A program made the translations under genes and the position numbers. Positions 1 to 9,024 of a DNA stretch of 64,000 nucleotides are shown here, piece by piece; the first letter of the stretch is position 1; every line of letters begins with the position of its first letter. The stretch is from Candidatus Kerfeldbacteria bacterium RIFCSPLOWO2_02_FULL_42_19. GTDB taxonomy: Bacteria > Patescibacteriota > Patescibacteriia > HO2-48-17. The notes under the pieces are model-generated. The model was not told the origin of the DNA. It worked only from the letters and a program-made list of their open reading frames with translations, and searched no databases. The DNA lies in the NCBI GenBank assembly GCA_001818315.1, contig MHKF01000001.1:2869-66868 (forward strand). The letters are read 5' to 3'.

Positions 1-701
1 CTATTATATGAGGAAACAAAGAAAGAAACCTTTTTGGGGTTGATTATTTTGAAAATTTCTTTATAATCAGTAGTATTTTCCAATTTTGTAAAAAGATCGG
101 GAGGAATGTTGTTGGTAACTTTTATATGATCATAGGCTCCCTTCCAATCTTTTTTAACTATTGCCTCGCCAATTAAATGGGTATTATAGGGTCCGCCCGG
201 CATTCCAAGTCTTTGATTATCATAATAATTGATAAAATAATGGTGTCTGTGAGCGGAAAGATAAGTTAAAAGATTATTTGCAACCCTGCTTTCCAGATTT
301 CTCACCATGATTCGAAATGAATTTCCGTGGAGCATCCGTTCTTTTACTGGTTCTCCTCCATAACCGATAACATGCTTGATTCGAGAATATTTATTTCTTG
401 CTCCATGCTTCCTATTAAAAGCCGTGATGTCTTTTTTGCTCAAAATCTTTTTTACAGAAATAAGTTGTTCTGTAATTGCATCTTCGTCTTTTAATCCTTG
501 ATTAGCAACATCATCAAATTTAAGTTTAAAAAATAATTTAATACAATCCAAAACATCAAAAGTTGTAAGCCCAGATTTTTGAAGCCAAAAATATGTAAAC
601 CGATGAGGTTTTTTGGATGCAAGAGAAGGCATTAAAGAAACTTCCGTTACTTGGAAGTCTTCATTTTTGCATTTTATTTTATAGCTTGCAGATTGATTCA
701 T
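1..701 (-). CDS. truD: TruD-family pseudouridine synthase (3' end runs off window)
   Basis: Not in ORF track. Manual translation from ATG at 701: MNQSASYKIKCKNEDFQVTEV...QGLKDEDAITEQ (catalytic GxKD)...LHGNSFRIMVR...FINYYDNQRLG...VSSYN, i.e. TruD motifs in order. Confidence 0.88.
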   Translation of the reverse strand, partial: MNQSASYKIKCKNEDFQVTEVSLMPSLASKKPHRFTYFWLQKSGLTTFDVLDCIKLFFKLKFDDVANQGLKDEDAITEQLISVKKILSKKDITAFNRKHGARNKYSRIKHVIGYGGEPVKERMLHGNSFRIMVRNLESRVANNLLTYLSAHRHHYFINYYDNQRLGMPGGPYNTHLIGEAIVKKDWKGAYDHIKVTNNIPPDLFTKLENTTDYKEIFKIINPKKVSFFVSSYN

Positions 702-763
702 ACTGATATTTAGAAGATAACACCAATTCCGCTTTTTATAAACATACCGCCTAAAATCCGAAA

Positions 764-1160
764 AGAATCCGCCGCGCATTCCTCCCGCACCCTCCTGCGC
801 GGCGGATTCTAAATCCCCGCCATTTTCAAACAAGAGCCGAGGCAAAGCAAATCCTTTTCCTCCCGCAAAAATAGTTTTGCTTTGCCTCGTCCATATTCCC
901 GTCCCGCCACACTGCCCGAATATCTTTACGGGCAGAACCCCAAAAAGAAAAATGTCCTTTCTATTTTTAGAAAAAATCCACCCCCGCCAAATCAAGAAAG
1001 CAAGGAACATTTTTCTTTTTTGGGTTGCCGAGTGAAGCGAGGCGGTGGCGGGGCGATTGTCCGAGCGTACGATTTAGTTTCAAGCTACCACACGCTCCGC
1101 GCGTGCGACATCATTTGTTTTGAAAGTAGGTTCTAACTTGGTAGAATAAACGCACTAATA
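764..1160. repeat. Hairpin-rich structured intergenic element (possible mobile-element end or ncRNA)
   Basis: Inverted repeats: agaatccgccgcgca/tgcgcggcggattct (764-809), gaggcaaagcaaa/tttgctttgcctc, ctgcccg/cgggcag, aaccccaaaaagaaaaatgt/acatttttcttttttgggtt. Confidence 0.6.
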
Positions 1161-1163
1161 ATT

Positions 1164-1418
1164 ATGAAAATTATTTTAGGTTCGCAATCCAAAGGTCGGC
1201 GTCACGTGCTGGAAAGCATGGGTTATGAGTTTGGTGTGATGAGTTCAAATATAGATGAGAAGGCGATACGTTTTAATGATCCGCAGAAGTTAACCATTGC
1301 TCTTGCGCATGCAAAAGCAGATGCGTTGCTTCCAAGGATTCAGGAGCCTGCGTTATTGATTACTTCGGATCAAGTTGTGTTATGGAATGGAAAGATTCGT
1401 GAGAAGCCCGTAGATTAG
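1164..1418 (+). pseudogene. maf: Maf-family NTP pyrophosphatase, N-terminal fragment
   Basis: IILGSQSKGRR, IDEKAIR, AKA and ITSDQVV...EKP motifs, but it stops after 84 aa (family ~190 aa). Confidence 0.8.
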
Positions 1419-1563
1419 GCACTTGAGTACGCGCTTTATCCCAGGCACTGAATTTGCGAATTTGACCCCTGTGATAGGCCAACCTTCCATTGAAATAAAC
1501 CAGTTGTGCTTCTTTTGGAAGTCGCCTGACTTCTTCAACAGAAAGTTCACGGGTTTCTGTCAT
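1360..1563 (-). CDS. Small hypothetical protein (probably 3'-truncated)
   Basis: Strong SD (GAAAGGAGGTGA) before ATG at 1563; the 3' end runs into the maf fragment. Confidence 0.4.
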   Translation of the reverse strand: MTETRELSVEEVRRLPKEAQLVYFNGRLAYHRGQIRKFSAWDKARTQVPNLRASHESFHSITQLDPK

Positions 1564-1592
1564 CAAAATCACCTCCTTTCCTAATTGATTCC

Positions 1593-1820
1593 ATGAATAT
1601 GAAAATTTTCGTTAAAGTCAAACCAAACGCGCGGGCAGAACAGATAGAACAAATCGACGACACTCACTTCCATGTAGCTGTGCAAGAACCGCCAGTAGAT
1701 GGTCGAGCAAATCACGCCATCGCACGAGCACTCGCAACGCATTTTAATGTCGCGCCTTCATCGGTGCAGCTCATTTCGGGCTTTTCCTCGAAGCAAAAAA
1801 TTTTTTCAATAGAAATCTAA
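1593..1820 (+). CDS. DUF167/YggU-family protein
   Basis: VKVKPNAR...PPVDGRAN...LISGFSSKQK signature. Confidence 0.9.
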   Translation: MNMKIFVKVKPNARAEQIEQIDDTHFHVAVQEPPVDGRANHAIARALATHFNVAPSSVQLISGFSSKQKIFSIEI

Positions 1821-1883
1821 CGAGATTGTCTTTTATTTTGCAAACTATTTCTAGGAAAAATTTTTAGAAAGGTCTTGTTATTT

Positions 1884-2666
1884 TTACAATCGGTTCGGCT
1901 GCGCAAACTGAAACAAAGCTTCAAAAATAACACGAAACACCTCTGCCATGCCGCGGTGTTGAATCGTAATAACGAGCGATGGTTCGGGAAATAACACGGC
2001 AACCTTCGTTCCATACACAAATGCTACCTGTCGCAGAGGAAGCATTTCTTCCGGCAGGGTGCGCAGATGCCAGATGCGCTTTTGACTCAGAAGCTCATAA
2101 TTTTCCTTGCTGGTTTCGCTTTGAAAAATTTTAAGGGATTCCTCCGTAAATATCGCACGCGTTTCGATCCCACGCTCAACAACCCTTCGGAAGAACGTAC
2201 CTACTTCTTGATCCGTAAGAAGGTGTAGCTCCTGCGTCATTGCCGTTTTTCCCTCGATAACGCGAAACACCGATTTCTGTGGCAATGACGAAAGTTCGTC
2301 ATAAATTTGATAATACCCTTTGTGAGATTCGGTGACAGAAATGAGCGGGGTCTCTTCGTCAATGGTTCTGATTTTCTCAAGCTGCGGAACAAAGCTCTTA
2401 AAATCCGTGATCCAGCGTTCAAAGGTGGCGGCAAGTTCCGAAGGAGGCAAGGGAAGAAATCGAATGAGTTTGCCTTTTTGGGTTTTACGCAGAAGTCCTT
2501 TATCAAGCAAATTTTTCATATGAAAATACACCGCCGTGCGCTGTTTATCGAGCTTTCTGGCGATATCCGCAGCGCTTGGCCGTTCAAGCGAAAGCGCGGC
2601 AAGATAAATCTCGATTTCATTTTCGGAGAGGCCGAAGTTTTTGAGGATGTGTTGAATAGCTGACAT
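1884..2666 (-). CDS. TrmB-family HTH transcriptional regulator
   Basis: N-terminal LKNFGLSENEIEIYLAAL...RTAVY...LLDKGL winged helix plus C-terminal effector-like domain. Confidence 0.85.
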   Translation of the reverse strand: MSAIQHILKNFGLSENEIEIYLAALSLERPSAADIARKLDKQRTAVYFHMKNLLDKGLLRKTQKGKLIRFLPLPPSELAATFERWITDFKSFVPQLEKIRTIDEETPLISVTESHKGYYQIYDELSSLPQKSVFRVIEGKTAMTQELHLLTDQEVGTFFRRVVERGIETRAIFTEESLKIFQSETSKENYELLSQKRIWHLRTLPEEMLPLRQVAFVYGTKVAVLFPEPSLVITIQHRGMAEVFRVIFEALFQFAQPNRL

Positions 2667-2845
2667 GCTACAATTTTGGCACAGATTTTTTATTTTGTCA
2701 AATAATTTTTTCTACATGATTTATTTTTATTTCAGCTAAAAAGTAAATATAATTATAAATTTCGATGAGAATACTTTACAAAATATAATTTTCGTAGCAT
2801 AATAGAAGTACAAAATCAAAAAGGCTATTTGAAAGGAGAAAAAAA

Positions 2846-3052
2846 ATGGAATTCGCGCTAATACCTATTGGGGCACTTTTTGCACTGATGGCTCTTTGCA
2901 CGATTCTGGGAGAAATACTCCCAGAAACAGTGATCACGATTATTGACGCCATTCTGATGACGATTGCGCATCTGGTCCTAATTATAGGGTTCCTTGCATT
3001 CGGGGTGGTGTGCTTCTTTAGCACGTCCCTATCTATGTTATACTTTTTTTGA
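2846..3052 (+). CDS. Small membrane protein (2 TM)
   Basis: SD AAGGAG upstream; almost entirely hydrophobic; divergent from the TrmB regulator. Confidence 0.6.
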   Translation: MEFALIPIGALFALMALCTILGEILPETVITIIDAILMTIAHLVLIIGFLAFGVVCFFSTSLSMLYFF

Positions 3053-3084
3053 CCATTGAGGTCTTCCTTGCGAAGACCTCTCTT

Positions 3085-3486
3085 TTATTTTCCCTTCAGC
3101 ACTCCATCAATCCATCCGAGTTTCAGCCACAACACGATTTCGTCATAACACGCCACGCTACGAGAAGGATAATGAGCGAGAATAATGCGCAACTTTTTCC
3201 CGTAAAGGATTTTCTGGGTCACACCAAAAGCCAGTTCCGCGAAGGTTTCGGCTCCGATATAGCTGTTAACTCCTTTTTTCTTTGCATTGGCAATGAAGAG
3301 AATATCTGTCACCGTGATGTTGTTCATGAAATTTTTATGCGCGAGCACATATGACGCTTCAAAACTCTCGCGAGGTATGACTTTTGGATAATCCAAAACT
3401 GTGTGGTCTTTTTGCGAGTTCCAATACCGAATGTATTTTTGTATTTCTTCCTGCAGACTTGCGCTGCCGGATATGACGACTTGCAT
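3085..3486 (-). CDS. Hypothetical protein, nucleoside deoxyribosyltransferase-like fold
   Basis: VVISGS...DILFIAN...YIGAETFAELAFG pattern; likely start ATG 3486. Confidence 0.55.
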   Translation of the reverse strand: MQVVISGSASLQEEIQKYIRYWNSQKDHTVLDYPKVIPRESFEASYVLAHKNFMNNITVTDILFIANAKKKGVNSYIGAETFAELAFGVTQKILYGKKLRIILAHYPSRSVACYDEIVLWLKLGWIDGVLKGK

Positions 3487-3515
3487 AAGAGTGTATAAGT
3501 ATCGATATGGGAGTA

Positions 3516-4517
3516 TCACTGACAAACAAGTGCTTGACGTAAATGTTTAAGATTTTCTTTCATTACAGAAAGATAATTTTTACCTGCAGCGAGTTCTGCC
3601 TCAGTGAGACCTTCGATGGGATTGAAGACAAGTGTTTGTGCACCGACTTCGAGTGCAATCGTTTCTGCTAATTTCGGACTGACGAGCGTTTCAAAAAAAA
3701 TGTACTGAATGTGTTTCGCTTTTACCAATTCAGAAATTTCTGCAATCTTTTTTGGAGAGGGTTCTGCATCAGGAGTGATACCCGCAATAGGTATCACTTT
3801 GATATTGTATCGCTTCGCTAAGTAATTGAATGCTGCGTGGGAAGTAATAATATCTCGAATCGAGCATGTTGCAAGTCCCTGTGCGTACTGAGTATCTAAT
3901 TCAGAAAGTTTTTTCACATACTGCTCAGCATTCGTTTCATACATTTGACTCTTACCAGGGTCAATTTTTTTAAAAGCATCGCGAATGATCACAACTTCTT
4001 GTTGAGCGAAAATCGGATCAAGCCAAATATGTGGATCGAACTTTTGACTGTTTTCATCTTGGGGAACATCAGAAGATTCTGAATCTTCTTCATCGGTTTG
4101 TTCGTCTTCAAACTCAGCAGGCAAAAGCGAAAAATTTTCACTCATCTTCAGAACAAACACCCCCTTTATAGTGAGATCTATTTGTATCTTTTCAGCCCAT
4201 GGGTCGAATCCACTGCCATTCAAAATAAAAATATCTGCTGAATAGGCAGTAGCAATATCTCGTGGCGTTGGTTCATAATCGTGCGGTTCCACTCCTGCGC
4301 GCGTGAGATTGATAACTTCAACCTGTGCTCCTCCAACTTCCTTCGCAAACTCAGCTAAAGGATAGAAACTTGTGACAACAAGTATTCGATCAGTTGGAAA
4401 TTTTGTGTCATCGGCACGAAAAAGGATCACTACCACCGCAGTCACAAGAAAAAGCACAAGAACGAGAATGAAGATTTTTCGCATAGTTTCCTGGTGTATT
4501 TTTATGTTTTTAAGCAT
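3516..4517 (-). CDS. Zn/Mn ABC transporter substrate-binding protein (ZnuA/AdcA family)
   Basis: VTSFYPL, EPHDYEP, DPHIWLDP, TSHAAFNY motifs; N-terminal TM anchor. Confidence 0.93.
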   Translation of the reverse strand: MLKNIKIHQETMRKIFILVLVLFLVTAVVVILFRADDTKFPTDRILVVTSFYPLAEFAKEVGGAQVEVINLTRAGVEPHDYEPTPRDIATAYSADIFILNGSGFDPWAEKIQIDLTIKGVFVLKMSENFSLLPAEFEDEQTDEEDSESSDVPQDENSQKFDPHIWLDPIFAQQEVVIIRDAFKKIDPGKSQMYETNAEQYVKKLSELDTQYAQGLATCSIRDIITSHAAFNYLAKRYNIKVIPIAGITPDAEPSPKKIAEISELVKAKHIQYIFFETLVSPKLAETIALEVGAQTLVFNPIEGLTEAELAAGKNYLSVMKENLKHLRQALVCQ

Positions 4518-4571
4518 AGTGTAAACAAGTTGCGCCCGTCAATGTATTTCTGGTATGATGAGTGAACTTGG

Positions 4572-4645
4572 GCCAGCATAGCTCAGTTGGTTAGAGCAAC
4601 GGTTTTGTAAACCGTAGGTCGTCGGTTCGAATCCGACTGCTGGCT
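4572..4645 (+). tRNA. tRNA-Thr(TGT)
   Basis: Cloverleaf: GCCAGCA/TGCTGGC acceptor, ACGGT-TTTGTAA-ACCGT anticodon arm, GGTTCGAATCC T-arm; CCA not encoded. Confidence 0.97.
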
Positions 4646-4676
4646 CAAAGCTCTCACATCGCATTGAATGTATTAG

Positions 4677-4838
4677 GGGTCTGTCGCCGAATACCATTTC
4701 TGTTGCAACCGTAGCATTTCGGCCAGAATCGCTTCAAAATTTTTCGGCTTATATTCCATATAAACCTCAAAATTTATTTAGCGATTCTGTCACGAAATTT
4801 TCATTTTTCGTTACAGGAAGTGGAAAACCGACGATCGC
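4677..4838. repeat. Long imperfect palindrome (MITE/REP-like)
   Basis: Arms ccatttctgt...cagaatcgct...aaaattt / aaaattt...agcgattctg...acaggaagtgg centred on tatattccatata. Confidence 0.55.
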
Positions 4839-4940
4839 TTGTCAAAAGTCATCGATCTGTCTTATACTACCAATACGTTGCATAAGGTTTTGTACTTTGT
4901 TATTAATCGTGGCTTACGCCACACTTCTTGAAAAAGGAGA

Positions 4941-6182
4941 GTGTTGATGGAAACAGATGTTCGTGAAAAAAATACGAGAGTTGATAGCAGATTCAAGGCT
5001 ATTCGAGTCTCGTCAGAAACCGGCGAACTTCGCCGTGTCCTGATGCATATACCAGGTCTAGAACACGAACAGGTACCTCCCAGCGAGCGAGAGCGATATC
5101 TTATTGAAGATATACTTTCTGTTCCCGAAGCCGAAGAACAAATGAAGATCTTTCAAACCATTCTTGTTCAAAACGGTGTCGAGGTATTGAACTTCAAGCG
5201 CATGCTTTCGGAGAGCTTGTGCGATGATAATTTAAAAGCAGCTTGTCTGGAGAGTCTCCAGATTGAGAGACGCAGCATTTCTGTACTCATAAGAAACAAT
5301 CCTCAGGTACTGAGTGGCATTCTCATTGGCGAAACTGGCATGTTGCCTCCACTCCCTAATCTCATGTTTCAGCGGGACATTGGTGCTGTAGTTGGTGACA
5401 GAATCCTATGCTGCTCACCAAAATTTCAAGTCAGATTTCGTGAGGCACTGCTATTTAAGCATATTGTCAATCATCACCCGATCTTTCAAGGAGTGAAGGT
5501 TGAAAAAAACGACCAGGAGGCAGGTGCTCTATTGGAAGGCGGAGATATCTGTGTGGTGAGTAAAGATATTGTTATCCTCGGGTACGGTCATCGCAGCAGT
5601 GAAGCAACTATGAAAAAATCAGCATACATGCTGATGAAAAGTGGAATAAAGACAGTTATTGTTGTGCCACTCACCGATAGGCGTGAACATATGCACCTGG
5701 ATACCGTCTTTACCGTTATCAGTCACAATGAGTGCCTAGTGTATGCGCCTGTTATTTTTGGTTCGCAGCGATTAGGACTGGAGCCGCTGAGGCTTCAGGT
5801 ATACCATCAATCAGAAGAACCCGGATTGACTGATAATGATTTACCGAATGTCATTGGGAAATATGGGACACAATTACAGTCAGTGTTGTGCGGTGGTGGC
5901 GATGGGGATAGTCTCATTGCAGATCAAGAACAATGGGCGGACGCAACGAATGCTCTTGCTATACGACCTGGACAAATCGTGAAATACATCCGAAACAGGC
6001 GGACACTCGAGGCGTTGAGTGCACAGGGTTATCGTATCCATTCGATTCAGAGTCTCGCTGATGCCAAGAGAGTCAAACCAGAAGCTGGAAAAGTTGTGTA
6101 CGCTATTATTGGTACAGAGTTGGGTAAGGCCCGTGGGGGACCGCGCTGCATGACACTGCCACTGCTGCGTGATGAAATTTAA
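4941..6182 (+). CDS. arcA: Arginine deiminase
   Basis: SETGELRRVLMH, PNLMFQRD, LEGGD, MHLDTV, EQWADATN, ELGKARGGPRCMTLPL; Cys/His/Glu catalytic residues present; AGGAG SD. Confidence 0.9.
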   Translation: MLMETDVREKNTRVDSRFKAIRVSSETGELRRVLMHIPGLEHEQVPPSERERYLIEDILSVPEAEEQMKIFQTILVQNGVEVLNFKRMLSESLCDDNLKAACLESLQIERRSISVLIRNNPQVLSGILIGETGMLPPLPNLMFQRDIGAVVGDRILCCSPKFQVRFREALLFKHIVNHHPIFQGVKVEKNDQEAGALLEGGDICVVSKDIVILGYGHRSSEATMKKSAYMLMKSGIKTVIVVPLTDRREHMHLDTVFTVISHNECLVYAPVIFGSQRLGLEPLRLQVYHQSEEPGLTDNDLPNVIGKYGTQLQSVLCGGGDGDSLIADQEQWADATNALAIRPGQIVKYIRNRRTLEALSAQGYRIHSIQSLADAKRVKPEAGKVVYAIIGTELGKARGGPRCMTLPLLRDEI

Positions 6183-6234
6183 TATGACCTGATGTCACGT
6201 GGTAGTCAGAAATAACACAGCGGCCTTCAATTTC

Positions 6235-6271
6235 GACGCGAAGTCCTATAGAACTTCGCGTCTTCCATTTT
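6235..6271 (+). terminator. Probable intrinsic terminator after arcA
   Basis: gacgcgaagt/acttcgcgtc stem followed by a T-rich tract. Confidence 0.6.
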
Positions 6272-6280
6272 AAGACTTTT

Positions 6281-6309
6281 TTGACATGGCATAATGGAAA
6301 TGATAATAT
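6281..6309 (+). promoter_or_regulatory. Sigma70-type promoter for the second argS
   Basis: TTGACA-17 bp-TAATAT. Confidence 0.5.
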
Positions 6310-6371
6310 AGAGCTTCGAAATAGGCTCTTTGTCAATAGATTGCTTACTATAAACAGAAAGGCAGGGCGCT

Positions 6372-8258
6372 ATGCTTGATAGTATAAAATACTCTTCAGA
6401 AACAGAGCAGGTGGCGTTTTTCAAAAACATTCTCGAACAACTACAGAAAGGAGTGTGCACAGCTGCTGCTCTTAACCCTTCACAATTGAGTCAGGAAAAT
6501 CTCTCCTTTAGTAGACCGCCGAATTCAAAAATGGGAGACATTGCTTTTGTATGTTTTCCGCTTGCAAAAATACTGAAACAGGCTCCAGAAAAGATCGCTC
6601 AACAGATTGCAGAGAATTTTCCGATGAGTGCAGTCGAATACTTGGAGTCTGTTCGGACGGACGGCGGATATGTAAACTTCAAGTTTGCTAGAAATGCGTT
6701 CGCGCAATCATTGTTAGGTGAGATTCTCGATCAAAAGAAAGTTTTTGGTGCATCTGATATGCGCCAAGGTGATCGGGTCATGATGGAATACGTCAGTCCG
6801 AATACCAATAAGCCACTTCATCTTGGTCACGTTCGAAATGCTCTGATAGGTTGGAGTGTTGCTGCTCTCATCAGAGAACTCGGTGCCACGGTTGTCAAAA
6901 GCGATATCATTAACGACCGCGGTATCCACATCATGAAGTCGATGCTCGCATATCAGCGATGGGGGAATGAGGAGACCCCTTCTGCAAGTATCAAAGGCGA
7001 TAAGTTGGTAGGGAGGTACTATGTTCTTTTCGAGATAAAATATCGAGAGGAACAACAACAGTGGTTCAAAGATAAAGGTATCAACTATGATGTAGTTGAT
7101 GACAAAACGAAGGACGAAATCGAAAAACAATTCATGAAGGAGTCGCAACTACTCAGTGAAGCGCAGAACATGCTGAGGCAATGGGAGGCAGGTAATTCGG
7201 AAGTGCGGACTTTGTGGGAAAAGATGAACTGTTGGGTGTTTACTGGGTTTGAGGAAACTTATCGTAACCTAGATGTAGACTTCGATCAACACTATTATGA
7301 AAGTCAAATCTACACTGGTGGTAAGGAAATGATTCTGGAAGGTTTAGCACGTGGTGTGTTCTATAAGGCAGACAACGGAGCAATTATGGCACCGCTCACT
7401 CGAGTGGATTCCAAGAAATTTCCAACGGATAAGGCCTTGCTGCGTGCAGATGGAACGGGATTGTATATCACCCAAGATATCAATCTTGCAGATGTGAAAT
7501 TTCGAGAACACAAATTGACGCATTCAATTTACTGCATAGGATCTGAACAGGATCTGTATATGCAGCAGGTGTTTGCGGTCTGTAAACTCCTGGGTTTTGT
7601 GCAGGCAGAGAACATGTTTCACCTTTCCTATGGCATGGTGTACCTGCCAGAGGGGAAAATGAAATCACGTGAAGGTACCGTAGTGGATGCGGATGAACTT
7701 ATTCAACAGCTGACTACTTTGGCAGAGCAGGCGATCCACGAAAGGTATGAACAAGGTACTTTTGACGATGCTGAAGTGATCCGGAGGAGCAAAATTATTG
7801 CTTTAGCGGCACTCAAGTTTTACATTCTGCTCGTGTGTCGGACGTCGCCAATCCATTTTAACCCGAAGGAATCCTTATCCTTTGAAGGAAAAACGGGACC
7901 TTACGTTCAGTATGCCTATGCTCGAATGGCGAGTATACGACGTAAGGCCGGCAACGCTAGCGAAACAAGTTCTTTGAAAGATCTGAATATCACCGAAGAA
8001 TGTGAATGGCAGCTTCTCATGAGGATGCTCGAATACCCCGCTGCGATAGTGCGCTCCGCGGAAAATCTTGATCCTTCGTTCTTAGCCAATTTCCTTATCG
8101 GGTTGGCTCACACCGCCAACATGCTCTACCATCAATTGCCTGTGTTGAAAGCTAACGAGCCAGCCCGCACGACTCGGCTTCGACTGATTCAGGCCTGCCA
8201 GATGATTCTCCGCAACGGTCTCAACCTCCTCGGTATCGAAGTACTTGAGGAGATGTAA
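6372..8258 (+). CDS. argS: Arginyl-tRNA synthetase, second copy (long type)
   Basis: EYVSPNTNKPLHLGHVRN, NDRG, YYES, GKMKSREG, SFEGKTGPYVQYAYAR, C-terminal LGIEVLEEM. Confidence 0.95.
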   Translation: MLDSIKYSSETEQVAFFKNILEQLQKGVCTAAALNPSQLSQENLSFSRPPNSKMGDIAFVCFPLAKILKQAPEKIAQQIAENFPMSAVEYLESVRTDGGYVNFKFARNAFAQSLLGEILDQKKVFGASDMRQGDRVMMEYVSPNTNKPLHLGHVRNALIGWSVAALIRELGATVVKSDIINDRGIHIMKSMLAYQRWGNEETPSASIKGDKLVGRYYVLFEIKYREEQQQWFKDKGINYDVVDDKTKDEIEKQFMKESQLLSEAQNMLRQWEAGNSEVRTLWEKMNCWVFTGFEETYRNLDVDFDQHYYESQIYTGGKEMILEGLARGVFYKADNGAIMAPLTRVDSKKFPTDKALLRADGTGLYITQDINLADVKFREHKLTHSIYCIGSEQDLYMQQVFAVCKLLGFVQAENMFHLSYGMVYLPEGKMKSREGTVVDADELIQQLTTLAEQAIHERYEQGTFDDAEVIRRSKIIALAALKFYILLVCRTSPIHFNPKESLSFEGKTGPYVQYAYARMASIRRKAGNASETSSLKDLNITEECEWQLLMRMLEYPAAIVRSAENLDPSFLANFLIGLAHTANMLYHQLPVLKANEPARTTRLRLIQACQMILRNGLNLLGIEVLEEM

Positions 8259-8423
8259 TATGAAAAAAACCGCACTGTGCGTTGCGGTAAAGGATCTTTG
8301 GTGTTTTGTATTTTTCAATGCCTCATGTCCGGGATATAGATGTGAGGCATTGTTGTTTTCTGGACGAAATTTGTTACAATACTTTTATTGTCTCATACAT
8401 TATTTAATTTTTATTTCAAATAC

Positions 8424-8846
8424 ATGACTACTACCACTTCAAAAAAATCATTTAAGCATTTTGGTGTCCATCTCACGCTTGATGGATACCAAGCCAGTGA
8501 GCATAAACTTAATGATGTTCGTCTGGTTTTTAAAATTTTAGATGATCTTCCAGGAATCCTTGGTATGCGTAAAATCATCACACCTTATGTGATTCCTTGC
8601 GAGAGTAATGACAAAAAAGATCCTGGTGGTGTATCAGGGTTTGTGATAATTGCCGAAAGCCACATCAGTATTCACACTTTTGCTGCCAGGCGATTTGTGA
8701 GTATTGACGTCTATACTTGCCAAGATACCCTCGATACCAAAAAAGCTATTGAGTATTTGAAAAAAGCTTTGGACATTCAACAGACCGAAGTGAATGTTAT
8801 CAAGCGAGGTTTGAAATTCGGAAAGCTGGCAGGTTTGCCTAGATAG
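8424..8846 (+). CDS. Pyruvoyl-dependent decarboxylase, AdoMetDC (SpeD/SpeH) family; substrate uncertain
   Basis: FGVHLTLDGY...GVSGFVIIAESHISIHT...DVYTC with the ES self-cleavage site. Confidence 0.88.
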   Translation: MTTTTSKKSFKHFGVHLTLDGYQASEHKLNDVRLVFKILDDLPGILGMRKIITPYVIPCESNDKKDPGGVSGFVIIAESHISIHTFAARRFVSIDVYTCQDTLDTKKAIEYLKKALDIQQTEVNVIKRGLKFGKLAGLPR

Positions 8847-8853
8847 GGATTCA

Positions 8854-8881
8854 TTGACAAACGAAAAACATACCTTATACT
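8854..8881 (+). promoter_or_regulatory. Sigma70-type promoter
   Basis: TTGACA-16 bp-TATACT. Confidence 0.5.
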
Positions 8882-9024
8882 AGATAAGTATAAAAACATC
8901 TCCATCGTAGAAATATAACTTCCTATTTTGAGCGACGGAGATGAGGATTTTCGTATGGAAAATCCAACAATCAAAAAACGTTCCTTGTTCTTTGCCAATT
9001 CGCATCATCATAGGAGAAAATTTA

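Noticed and set aside
882-1136. 84-aa ORF on + strand
   Set aside because: Lies wholly in the inverted-repeat element, has no recognisable motif and is better explained as a chance frame.
6183-6371. T-box leader for the second argS
   Set aside because: No T-box consensus; the region is explained by a terminator and a promoter.
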